Origin: Trypanosoma brucei
Taxonomy: Eukaryota
Length of the DNA: 64,000 bases
Assembly (NCBI GenBank): GCA_000002445.1
Contig: CM000208.1
Span: forward strand, 2,016,001 to 2,080,000
Reading direction: 5' to 3'
The notes beneath the pieces were generated by a model that saw only the letters and a list, made by a program, of their open reading frames with translations, was not told the origin of the DNA and made no database searches. The translations under genes and the position numbers were made by a program. How positions within the stretch are numbered: position 1 is the first letter of the stretch; each line of letters starts with the position of its first letter. Shown piece by piece: positions 21,798 to 32,098 of the stretch.

Positions 21798-23142
21798 AGC
21801 ACAGAAATTAGAGACCTACCGAAATTGATCTGGCTTTGCTTAGAAGTGTGACAAAGAGGAATAACTGGGAACGACAAACGCAAATACATAAATAAGGGAG
21901 ATACATACAAATCAGAAAACTGACATGATCCGCAGCTGCGGCACAAACACACAAAATGATCTCCCTTTCTTCTTTTTCACTCGTTAAGGGGAGGGATACT
22001 TAACTTTAGAAACAGCAATAATAAAAAATGTAAGAAAGCACTGCACATCTTTCTCTCCTTAGTCCAGCACCTTGAAACCGATACTTTCGGTACGCAATCC
22101 TGAAAATCAGTTGAATACGATCAAAATTTTTTTTAAAAAAATGGTAGCGGCACAAGCAAAACAAGTTTTGGCACGTAATGCCAGATCTAAAGTAAATTTT
22201 AAGGAAGGACTCCTGAACTATTTTGACAATTAAATCAAAAATTTTATGATGTCTCTCTTCGCAAGTAACACAGACATCACTATTTCAAAACCATCGCCCG
22301 AAAAAGAAGTGCGGCATTTCACCGAATTCTTATTGCGAGGTTCAACTAGAGAAGTTCACCGAGGAAAGAGAGCAAAAACACCCGTTTAAAACATCCTGCA
22401 AACTACATATGAAGACAGAACTGGAGCGCGATGATCCAGGGAGGGATGTCGCAAACAGCACTAGTAATGGCGGTAATAACGCCCATCAGAGTATGAGTAT
22501 GTAGTGGGAGCACCCGACTGGCTCAAAAATCCGCACATACACCCATGAAAAAATATGTACAACAAATAAGCAGCGCAGCGCAGTCCTCCCAATAAACACG
22601 GACGGAGGACAAGGTCAAAAGAGGAGACCATCTGTAACGAGAATCGGGACGGCAAACACACCGACAAAGTGAAATTGCAATCTTTTCTTTAACTAGTCGG
22701 TAAATAAACCCCGAGGGAAAACGACATGTTTCTTGCCCCTTTCCTCATTTAAGAAAAAAACGAACAGAAAACTGTGCCGCACATTAGTATCAAAATTGAG
22801 CAGCAAGCCCTAGTCGCCAACGCCACGTGACGGTCGAAAACTCCTTTTTTTTACCCTTCCTTCCGCTTAACGCTAGGTATCGAGGGATGTTTTTTGACGG
22901 CCCACAAACACCCTTTCGTGGGCTGACCGGCATTTCACACACCACCCAGTTGCGACAATCTTGCTGAGAAAGACGGCGAAGAAGGGACAGCAGCTGACAG
23001 CATGAGCAGATATACTGGCAGGTCCCCTATCTTTGGCTTCACGTTCGTCTCCTGTGAAGGTGATGTTGTTCCTGACCAACACCTCGAAAACTCTGGAGGG
23101 AACCAAGCCGGACTCGAGGTTCTGAAAGGCATTTGTCCACCA

Positions 23143-23157
23143 CCCCCCCCCCCCCCC
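23143..23157 (-). repeat. G15 run on the minus strand (C15 on plus), upstream of the leftward unit
   Basis: ccaccacccccccccccccccacacaca read directly. Confidence 0.9.
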
Positions 23158-24997
23158 ACACACATACAAACTTCCTCTTTTAATGTGCGTCGCGCGACGC
23201 TTAAGCAAATGAGGAGGGGACGCCTAGCACCCCAACTTCAAATGGCTGTGGGGCCAGCTTTTCCCAGACACTGGCCCGAGCAAGCCACGCAAACGCGGCA
23301 CCCCACTGGTGCGTTCATCCCCTTCGCACCCACCTCCGGAAACCTTCCGGAAGCGGAGGAACCTCCGGTGCGGTACCCCCTGCCGTGCTGTAACGGACCC
23401 TACTGCATCAGGTAAGTACCGAGCGAGGGGCTGCCAGGGGGCGTCGTCATTACTCTCTCGCCAACCTGTTTTACCATCGCCTCCGCCGCGTTCCCGTATT
23501 CCCCTGACACCCCCTCTGCCACTGAGTGCTTCTCACTGTCGTAATAGCAGTTCCGCAATCGTCGCAGCACGGTTGTGCGCATGATACTTCGTCAAACTCC
23601 AGAAGACGACGTTTCCGCCACTCCCCACGCCGCACAGGTAGCATTTACTACTAACGCGGGCGCGGCTAACAGACCTTCAGCGCAATGATGTAGCACCTGA
23701 GCGGGGCTCGTCCCCGGTGAATCACCGTTGTCGACGTTTGGAAACTTCTCTTTAACGATCTTCTTTGCATCACCTTCGTCTCGATGTGGCCGCATCGCCA
23801 ACTCAGTTGTAACGTTGCCCGCGCTTATTCATCTCTAGCTTTCCATCGCTATTGTAAGTTTGCTTTTTTAAACTTCCACCCCGGACCCCAGCTGCCTTTA
23901 TTTCTTTACGTGCGACCCGGATGTCGCCCGTATTCCCGCAAATCCACGGCTGCGCTCGAACCGCTCTCCATCCGAATAACCAAAGACCACAGCTACACCT
24001 TGTGTTCCTCTTTCTTTTACTCGGGAGCCAGCGAACCTTGATGCTCCGTGAGGCTTTTGGACAATGTGGGAAGATGTTTTGCCCCTCTTCATCGTCCTCC
24101 AGTGGAAAGGGCAAGCCACTCAACCGAAGACGTAGAGGTCCCCCTGCACCATTTTCGACAGTTGCTTGGCTCTGCATCAGGATGTTTGTGATACCAGTTT
24201 GCGGTTTCCCGTTTTCATAACGTTTCTCTTCCTTCCTTCCTTCCCTTGGAGACGGCAGGTTCGGTTTGGCGTCTGCCAATGTCATTGCATGTTCTGCTAC
24301 TTCCTGACCCCTGCCGGTAAGCATGTAACTTTGTTTCTTTATGCGGTTTGTCGCTGTATCGCATCTCGGGAAGAATGAAAAGCTTGCCGAGCATCCCATT
24401 GGTTTTCTAGCTTTCTCCAGCTGAAACTCAAGAGGTGAATTCAACTCAGCTCATTCATCATGGGGCGTACCCAAGCCCGTTCTCCCCCCACCTCTTTTTC
24501 ATCCTCCCGATCGCTAAGCCGTCTACACTCGTTTCTGTGCCTTTTTTAAAGGGCCACCCCGTGGAACCATCTAAAGCGCCTCGAAGGTGACAACGCAGAA
24601 CTATGTAAGAAAAGTTTTCCTTACCCTGGTGAGTTGCACCTTCTCCGGAGCAGGTCTAATGCCTCGGAAGAGGTAAGTTTGATGCGCGACTGGTCTCAAG
24701 CCGCCCTAAAATGACCCATTTTCTTCATCACATTCCTTCTCTGTGACGCTCATCAAAACATCCGAGATCCAAGTTGGTCACGTCTGTGGACAGTTTCCCC
24801 TTCCCCTATCTGCGATTTTTACCGCTAATTCATTTTTCACCATGCCACGGTGGGGGGCCCCATTTGTACCGAGTTCGCCAACCCCCTTCATGAGCATGAA
24901 AACTTCCTTCTATGTCAGTGGAACGCCCCGTTTTTTACCTGAGTTTCGTATGTTTTCAGGGTAACTAGAAATGGTACGGAGTCACTCTGAGTGCCAC

Positions 24998-25014
24998 AAC
25001 CCTAACCCTAACCC
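24998..25014. repeat. Interstitial telomere-like repeat (CCCTAA x ~2.8) inside the strand-switch region
   Basis: cacaaccctaaccctaacccttttcag read directly. Far too short to be a chromosome end. Confidence 0.8.
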
Positions 25015-25193
25015 TTTTCAGAAACTTTGCGGGCCCTGGTCTCACAGCAGCGCTGCCCACTTTTCGACTGCGCGGCGGTCTCCCGGCCCCCTTGCACAAC
25101 ACAGTAGCACCATCGGCGCTGTCAAGTATGAAAGGTGCGCCACCGGATAGTATATTCAATTTGAAGAGGCCACTAGTCAGGCTCGAATGTTGC

Positions 25194-25202
25194 GGGGGGG
25201 GG
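25194..25202 (+). repeat. G9 run on the plus strand, upstream of the rightward unit
   Basis: gaatgttgcgggggggggcatatatt read directly. Confidence 0.9.
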
Positions 25203-27954
25203 CATATATTTTAGCCATTCTCACCACCAACACCTCTGCCTCGTCCGACACATGTCTCTTCAGCCCCCACAAAAGAAGAGGCTCGTGTGCGTGACTTTTG
25301 AAGCTTACCAAAATGTGCGCACTGCGAATGGGGAAACTACCTTATCCATGTTGTTACGCTAATCATCGGAAATAACCAAGCCCATGCCGTAGGGATTGCC
25401 TGAGAACACTGGCTTTCGACAGCCTCGCCGGATGTTCCCTTCTCTGTTTCCGTTTCGCCCAGCCCTACGTCGGCATCTTGCAAATCCCTTTTTTAGTGGT
25501 GGTCAGTTGCCCATCCCCCACCATGTCACCATCATTTCCTTAGGACAACAAGCCAGTTGCAATATTGGCTGCCAGCCACTTCAATAGTTACACATGGTTA
25601 TTGTCTTTCCGAAAGGGCAAAAGCCATAATGGGTTCACCCAGTGGCAAGTATTTCTTTGCATCGAAAAGGAACAGAGTGTCCTTCACGCTCCTCTTCTTG
25701 CTCTCCATTTCGGTGGGGAATTTGCTCGAAACTTAATCAGCTTCGGCCTAGTTGTCTTGGGAACCTCTCGCAAGTGTTTCCGCGCATCTCTTGTAGGCCG
25801 AAGGGTAGGGCCTAATAGCCCTGACATCCTCGTCTGGATCATTCATTCCCCCACACGCTGTGTGGCACAATACTGTTGGCGCCGCTGCCCCTAAACAACC
25901 TGTTTCCCGTCTCCTCGGAAGACGCGTCTATGAAAGGGCCCTTCAACCATTGGATGGTGCTGTCGAATCCTCCCTGAAGGATAGGCTTAAATTGATTGCG
26001 ACACGCCTTCCCGTGTGTCGGAACTGATCCGTCCACAAAGAAAGAAGCGCCGGAAGCCGAGTTTCCTGTTCAGTGCTCCGCTCTGTCTACCCATTTTTCT
26101 GAGCAAACCGAGATCCAGCACCAGTCCTTGCGGCGCCTCGCGTGTTGGTGCGGGGTTCCGCAACATTCTGCCTACTGTTCCATCCCTCGCCGTTCCGTTG
26201 TGCAGAAAACTATCCATCCGCTTCGTGATGTGTCGGGCAAGGGAGAAGCCCTCAGACATGCGGGTAACACGGCCATGTTTAACCAACCTGAATGCACAAA
26301 CACAGTCTGCTAATGAGCCCATGGTGTTTCGTGACGTTTCTTCCACAGCTCAGGTTCCAACGAGTTATTCTGTGCTGTTGGTTGCCGAATACTACCCTGA
26401 TACCAGGTTGTTGTGTCTGCAACCGACTCTCGTGTGAGTTTTGATGCAATCCAACGGTGATCTGCCACATTAGCTTCCACACTTTCGCCGTTACCGTCAC
26501 CGACCGGAAGTGTGATGACAACGAAAAGTTAAGTCGGCCCTGGAAGACCCATAGCTCATCCAGCTTCTGCTTCCATAATCTTTGGGTACCGTAAAAATTT
26601 GTTGAACAACTTCGACTGTTGCCGGGAAACATTGATGTGCTTGTGATCGGGCTTCTCATAACGAACGTTGCCCTCGTCTGTGGCAACCCTGTTTGAAAGA
26701 AAAACGAGACCACCTCTGATAGCATTTGGCACCCCACTGGTTCCGGTGGCCATTTCCTCGTACTTTCTTTGATATGCCGAGCCTGTTATTCATTGTGCGT
26801 AACTGTTACTTCGTGCTGGGACGCCGTTACATTTTTCGTCGGTTCCAAGGAACGCAAAAGCACAGCATCGGCACCGTTGCCGGCGCCGTCACCCCCGGGG
26901 AGTAACTCCAGCGGAGGCGTGGAACGAATCTGCAGAAAAGGAATCACATTGATCCTGGCGGGCGGGGCCGCCGGGTCATGTGTGGGAGGGCGGCGGTTCG
27001 TTCGTGGCACCGGGGGAGAGAGCATTGTCATCGGGATGACATCCTTGGGGCTGCTGCGAGGAGCTTTCGGGCGCGAGAAAACCGCGCCAACCGTGCAGAG
27101 CTGTTGCGGGGGGAGGAGGCCGGCTCGTCAACTCGAGTGGGGTTGTGGCAAGTCGCTTGGGCCGTGCTCGGTGCTATCAATGGGAGAGACCAGGCGGCCG
27201 CGCCGAGCAAGAGGCGCCCCCGACTGGTAGCGAAGTTTTTCGGGGAACCGTTACCCCCTCCCCCCACTTGAGGCATGGCTGGGTTGATGGTTGTTCAGAA
27301 GATGCTTTGGCTTTGTTTACCGCCGGCGGTAGTGGGTTCTTTTGGGTGGGCGAGGTGTTCCCTTAGGGATCTCCCTTCCCTGGGATGGCGAAATATGATC
27401 GGCACACATTGCTCGAACTGGTGCCGCTGACTGGGCACGGATGTGAGTGGTGGGTCCGTGCGGCGGAGTATACAAAGGAAGAAAAGTAGTGGGTATGGGT
27501 GTAGAAAGAGCCCCCAGGCTGCCGTACTGAGTTCGCTAGTAGAGAAGGATCGCTGATCGGCCACACCTTGAGGTCGGAAGAAGCGTTAGACCTGTGCACC
27601 CGGCCCTGTAGCCGAGGCGTTTTTGAAGTATGTTCAGGTTTCCAAGTGGGGAATAGTGGCTAGTTGACCACTGTGCGTCCGGAATTGAGGTATGTTTTTT
27701 TTTTTTGTAAGTCCGCGTTGAAGTGGTCTTCATATCCACTGGTGGTCAGTTTTCCACTCTCGTCCCTGGGAGTCACCTATTGTTTTCTCCCCCTTTCTTG
27801 TGAAGGCAATTGCATGTCACCTTGCACTTGACAGTATCACTGTACAAGGGCCTAATCACTGTGTTTATTTACTATTATTTTTATTTGCATTATCATTCAC
27901 TGTCGTCGTCATTGTTTCAACAATACTTCACTAGGGTAATGGTGTCTACGGGAA

Positions 27955-29484
27955 ATGGACGTCGACAAATATAACTGTTCCGTTGTTTTTGATGATTTTA
28001 AGGTTTCCATCGAGCAATGTGATTTTTATGCGCTTGATCAGGAGATGACCGGTGTCGATAACGGTGAGCGACCGCAGTCAGGAACAATGAGTTTGACAGA
28101 GCTTTACCAAGTTTCGCGGGACGTTGTCAACCGGTACATTGCCTTCCAGCTAGGTGTAACAGTTTTCAAGCGTGTTGATGGCGGATATGAGGTTAAACCA
28201 TACAACTTTTATTTATTGAAAAGTGTGGGCGATTTTGTTGTGAATATTGAGTCACTGAAGTTCTTGGCAGACAACCACATGGATTTTCAGCGGTGGTTGG
28301 TGACAGGCATGCCGTATTGTGGTAAAGTGGACACAGGGTTGCGTGGTGATGAAGGAGGTTCTGTGTCTAGTTTAAGGAGAGGGTTGTCCGAATACCTTGT
28401 TAGTCGAATAAAAAAGTGGTATAACAGCCCGTTGGCACGGGATGGCGAGTGTATTACTTTCAAAACTGTAATATGCGAAGAAATAGAGCGGTTGACTTTA
28501 TCAAAGCTTAAAGAAGAACAAGTTTTCGTTTCATTTGAGTATGATAAGTCGAGATGCATTGGATCACCGGTGTCGTTGACAGTTCACCGTGGAACGAGTC
28601 ATTTCGCCAGCGGCCAAGGTAAGGAAAAGGCCACACCTGATTTAGAGCCGATCAAAGTATGTGGGTTTCAACATTTTTGGAAGTGCTTAACCGATTGCAA
28701 GAAACCTATTGTTGGCCACAATTTTTGGCTTGACATTATGTTTATGGTTCAAATGCACGAAGGGCCTCTCCCCGAAGATTATGATACTTACAAGAGACTC
28801 GTTCACCAACTGTTCCCGTGCGTATACGATACGAAAACACTCGGCCGCGAGGTGATAATTAACAACTTATCTGAGTCTTTTTGTCTGAAAGATTTGTACG
28901 ACAGATGCCTGGCCTCGAGGCTAAAATTGGGAGGGGCACCAGAGTTCTTTTTCCCACCAGGATTTGGTCGGTACGACCCAGACAGCCTTGAAAGTGAATG
29001 CAAAGCCCATGAAGCTGGGTACGATTCATACATGACGGGCGTGGCTTTTTCCATTTGTAGGGATTTGTACTGTAGCGGTGAAAATTCTACCTTGGATAAG
29101 TGGCGAAACATTGTTTCTGTCTACGGCAGCAATTACTATATGAATGTCAATGGCAAGGATAGTTTGAGGAGGTCTGCAACGTTTGTGGTGGAGTTTAGGG
29201 AGGAGATTGAGTATCCTTTTGGAGAGTTGCTTCTGTGTCGGGACGATGCATTCACAAATGTGGATAGGGACGTGGAGTTATTACCGAGGGACTGTATTAT
29301 ATCATATGACAACAAAGGATTATGCAGGACGATAATAGTTGTGTTCGAAGATGATATTAGCGAAGACGAGGTACAAACGCGCATTGCGAATTCGGCGCGC
29401 CGTTGGAGTGAGGTTACTAAGGAGGCAAATGCTTATAATATAGTATTTCCCGAAATACTAAGTGTTTACCGTCTTAGTGGGTAG
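27955..29484 (+). CDS. PARN-family poly(A)-specific ribonuclease (CAF1/DEDD deadenylase fold), 509 aa. First gene of the rightward unit
   Basis: N-terminal CDFYALDQEMTGV (DEDD motif I context) and central PIVGHNFWLDIMFMVQMHEGPLPEDYDTYK (compare PARN GHNMLLDVMH). Confidence 0.6.
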   Translation: MDVDKYNCSVVFDDFKVSIEQCDFYALDQEMTGVDNGERPQSGTMSLTELYQVSRDVVNRYIAFQLGVTVFKRVDGGYEVKPYNFYLLKSVGDFVVNIESLKFLADNHMDFQRWLVTGMPYCGKVDTGLRGDEGGSVSSLRRGLSEYLVSRIKKWYNSPLARDGECITFKTVICEEIERLTLSKLKEEQVFVSFEYDKSRCIGSPVSLTVHRGTSHFASGQGKEKATPDLEPIKVCGFQHFWKCLTDCKKPIVGHNFWLDIMFMVQMHEGPLPEDYDTYKRLVHQLFPCVYDTKTLGREVIINNLSESFCLKDLYDRCLASRLKLGGAPEFFFPPGFGRYDPDSLESECKAHEAGYDSYMTGVAFSICRDLYCSGENSTLDKWRNIVSVYGSNYYMNVNGKDSLRRSATFVVEFREEIEYPFGELLLCRDDAFTNVDRDVELLPRDCIISYDNKGLCRTIIVVFEDDISEDEVQTRIANSARRWSEVTKEANAYNIVFPEILSVYRLSG

Positions 29485-29897
29485 CTGGGTTGCGGAAGAA
29501 TGCAGTGTGGTGCTGGTGCTCCCACTTGCGCAGTTGGACAAATTAGCGGCAGAAGCTGTTGTTGCACAAAGGCAAACTACCATTGTCATTGTTTTCAAAA
29601 ATATTGCATGAGCCTCCCAACTCTTCCTCTCTATACAATGGATCCGAAGCTGGAGCTGTAATAGTGCATCAACATACGTAAGTACTCGTCTGCATCCGTA
29701 TTTATGTGTGCCACCCAAGGGAAAGTATAACGGTATGTGCATATGTCAAGTGGTAACAGCTGAATAAAAATTTACTTCGTCGTTTTTTTTTAAAAGTTGA
29801 GTGACCGTTTGTTTCGTTTTCTTTTAGGTATGGTAGTTGCTTATCTTTTTTCCTTTCCTTTTCGGCGTGTATGTGCGTAATTTTTTGTGTTTAGGCA

Positions 29898-30434
29898 ATG
29901 CGGAGGAAAACGACACTAAATATTGGACAGGTTATTTGTTTTTCTTCCTGGAACGATGGCAGTGAGGGGTATGAGTGGAAATCCCGAGCACTATCGGAAA
30001 AGCGATCGTTGGCGCTTGAATTTCTCGGAAATGTGAATAAAAGAGTTTCTATTCACGATGCAATTCGTTTAAAGGCTGACATTAATAAAAAAGCCATAAG
30101 TAACGTTAGCTGCCCCAGTTTTTTTAGCGGCATTGAAGGCGCTGATGAAGATGAGGATCAAAGTGATATGAGCCTCTGTTCACTTTTAGGAATGCTGGAG
30201 GGCGAGATTGAAACTGACTGCATTACACACCTTTCCCCTTCGGATGCCTCGCTTTTGAAGGAGGAATTCTTGTGCGATTATGATTCGTCGGATACAAAAC
30301 GTATGGCCAAATGGGTGAATTTGAGATCGGAAACGTCGGACTACCAAAGTTATGGTGCGATCCCGGAGGGCGAGCGAAGTTTATGGTCCGCTTGGTACCT
30401 CCGCAACATAAAGGCAGGAAAAAAACCTATCTAA
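29898..30434 (+). CDS. Hypothetical acidic protein (178 aa)
   Basis: ORF in transcription-unit orientation. D/E-rich centre (GADEDEDQSDMSL). No motif recognised. Confidence 0.35.
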   Translation: MRRKTTLNIGQVICFSSWNDGSEGYEWKSRALSEKRSLALEFLGNVNKRVSIHDAIRLKADINKKAISNVSCPSFFSGIEGADEDEDQSDMSLCSLLGMLEGEIETDCITHLSPSDASLLKEEFLCDYDSSDTKRMAKWVNLRSETSDYQSYGAIPEGERSLWSAWYLRNIKAGKKPI

Positions 30435-30700
30435 CGGAGTTACAGGTTGTTACATTAATGTCGCCTTCTTTTTTTGTGTAATATAAAAATCATTTGGCGT
30501 TGTTTAAGACAATATTTGATTCAAGGGATATGAAGAGATAAATACCCCTAAAAGTTGAACAATATATTTGCCCTCGCATCTCCTGTGTTTTCCCCCTCAG
30601 TGATATAACGGAGAGCACGTAGCACTAGACGATAGAGAGAAGAAGAGTCCGTGACAGCCCTGGGCATACGCGTATATAAACCAAAATTCTAAACGGCAAA

Positions 30701-30916
30701 ATGAGGGCTCTTTTGCTCTTTTTTGCCGCTGCTTCTCTTATTCAAACGGTGCTGGTAGGCGGCGCTAGCGGAAATTCACAAAACACCGTTTCGATTTCCG
30801 GAGACACCCTTGGAGGGATCCTTTTGGGTTCGCTGGTAGGCGGTATCCTGATTTTCGCTGTCTTTATGCTGGCAAACATTGAATCACCCGAAGTACTGGG
30901 TCATCCTGACAGGTGA
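30701..30916 (+). CDS. Small hypothetical membrane protein (71 aa): signal-like N-terminus plus one TM segment
   Basis: MRALLLFFAAASLIQTVLVGGASG ... GGILLGSLVGGILIFAVFMLA. Short; could be chance. Confidence 0.2.
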   Translation: MRALLLFFAAASLIQTVLVGGASGNSQNTVSISGDTLGGILLGSLVGGILIFAVFMLANIESPEVLGHPDR

Positions 30917-31345
30917 CATGAAGATGATGCCTGCTTCCACCGCTAGTTTCTTGGCCACCATTGTTTTTTTTTTAAAACTAGCGTATTGAAAAGGCAACCG
31001 TTTCCTCTAGGCATATTCCCCTTTCTCCAGCTAAAGAAAGGAATCGTCGGTTTCACAGGGAACACGGGGGAAAAGCAACGAATGCCATACTATTTGAGTT
31101 CCTTAACTCTGCAGCTATCTAAGGATTCCCCCTTTTCTTTTCCCCTTCCTCCTCTACTTTTGAATTCCTGTGAGAGGGATGTTATGCAAAAAAAAAAGAA
31201 AAAATCGAGAATGTGATTCAGTGTATGTATATACACATGTAACAGTTTCGTGATTTTTTGTTATTCCGTTTTTTTTTTCTTGATGTGTCTTTTATCCTTT
31301 TTCTCTTTGTACCCGTTAGGCAGCTTCTCTAGTGGAAAAAGTAAC

Positions 31346-31924
31346 ATGGATACGCCCCCGATAAGTGATGACGATAAAGAGGTGATAGATCGGCTGTTTG
31401 CTTCCGATGTTCCGCAATCATTAAGCAGACATGCTGTATTGATTCTGCATTATCACAGGACTGTTTTTGGTTCAATGGTGCCCTCTAACGTTCTTCTTGC
31501 AGGTTGTTTATTATATTCATGTAAATGGCTTTCATATCCTTCTGGCAACAGTTTCCTCAAAAATTATTTTCAAGGGATGAAAACGTCTGACATCGTTGGG
31601 CTTGAGATGGTGCTGCACGGGACGGTAAGACAGAACTTCATGCTTGTTGAAGCATGTCTGCGCTCGGAGATGAGTGAAATTGTGCGGTTGAATGATGTTC
31701 CGCATAATCGCGAAAGAATAGTACTGGTGTGTCTGAATTTGGTACGTGCACTGTATAGGACAAGGTGGTGTCTCTTACCTGAAACTGCTGCTAGAGGGGC
31801 CCTGCTCGTTGCCTGTGAGATGTGCGACGTGCATCTGAAAAGCTTACCTGAGTCTTTTAATACTACAATGGTCACGTGTGCTGTCGATTATCTTCGATCT
31901 ATTTTTGCGCAAAGTCGCTGCTAG
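31346..31924 (+). CDS. Hypothetical protein (~192 aa from MDTPPISDDD). The track ORF starts 32 codons upstream in poly-T-derived Phe/Leu codons
   Basis: ORF in transcription-unit orientation. ATG at 31346-31348 follows a pyrimidine tract. No firm domain call. Confidence 0.35.
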   Translation: MDTPPISDDDKEVIDRLFASDVPQSLSRHAVLILHYHRTVFGSMVPSNVLLAGCLLYSCKWLSYPSGNSFLKNYFQGMKTSDIVGLEMVLHGTVRQNFMLVEACLRSEMSEIVRLNDVPHNRERIVLVCLNLVRALYRTRWCLLPETAARGALLVACEMCDVHLKSLPESFNTTMVTCAVDYLRSIFAQSRC

Positions 31925-32098
31925 CATGCTTTGTGCTGCTGCTACTGTTGTTGTTGTTTATTACAAAATTGTACGACCGTATGGACATTTAATACGTGTG
32001 GCAGTAGGAAGAGACTGGGGGTGCAATTCTGCTTTATTAAAAATCTTTTCTCAAAAACTTTCACAGTCGTCTCCTCTGTTTCTTTCAAAAAAAAAAAG

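Larger units (their letters stand above)
21798..27954. promoter_or_regulatory. Divergent strand-switch region between minus-strand and plus-strand polycistronic units. Putative bidirectional RNA pol II transcription start region
   Basis: Coding strand switches from - (all genes left of 21.8 kb) to + (all genes right of 27.9 kb). Only short, low-complexity, mutually overlapping ORFs in between. G-runs are on the coding strand of each flank (see separate features). Confidence 0.6.

Noticed and set aside
22873-24444. Several 70-210-codon ORFs in the strand-switch region (e.g. 23803-24444 minus, 23002-23415 plus)
   Set aside because: Low-complexity, mutually overlapping in multiple frames, no motif, in a region where coding strand polarity flips. 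Best explained as chance ORFs in GC-biased non-coding DNA.
21798-27954. Searched the strand-switch and other intergenic regions for tRNA/snRNA genes (T-loop GGTTCGA(A/T)TCC and D-loop TAGCTCAGTTGG patterns, both strands)
   Set aside because: No match found by eye. Cannot exclude divergent RNA genes without a covariance-model scan.
31931-32098. Upstream extensions of track ORFs (HECT MCCCYCCCC..., TOR MFRVGG..., PDI MPPRVQ..., KREPA2 MTCASP...)
   Set aside because: Extensions are low-complexity or poly-pyrimidine-derived and precede a Met followed by recognisable N-terminal sequence (signal peptide, presequence or conserved start). Treated as non-coding leader.
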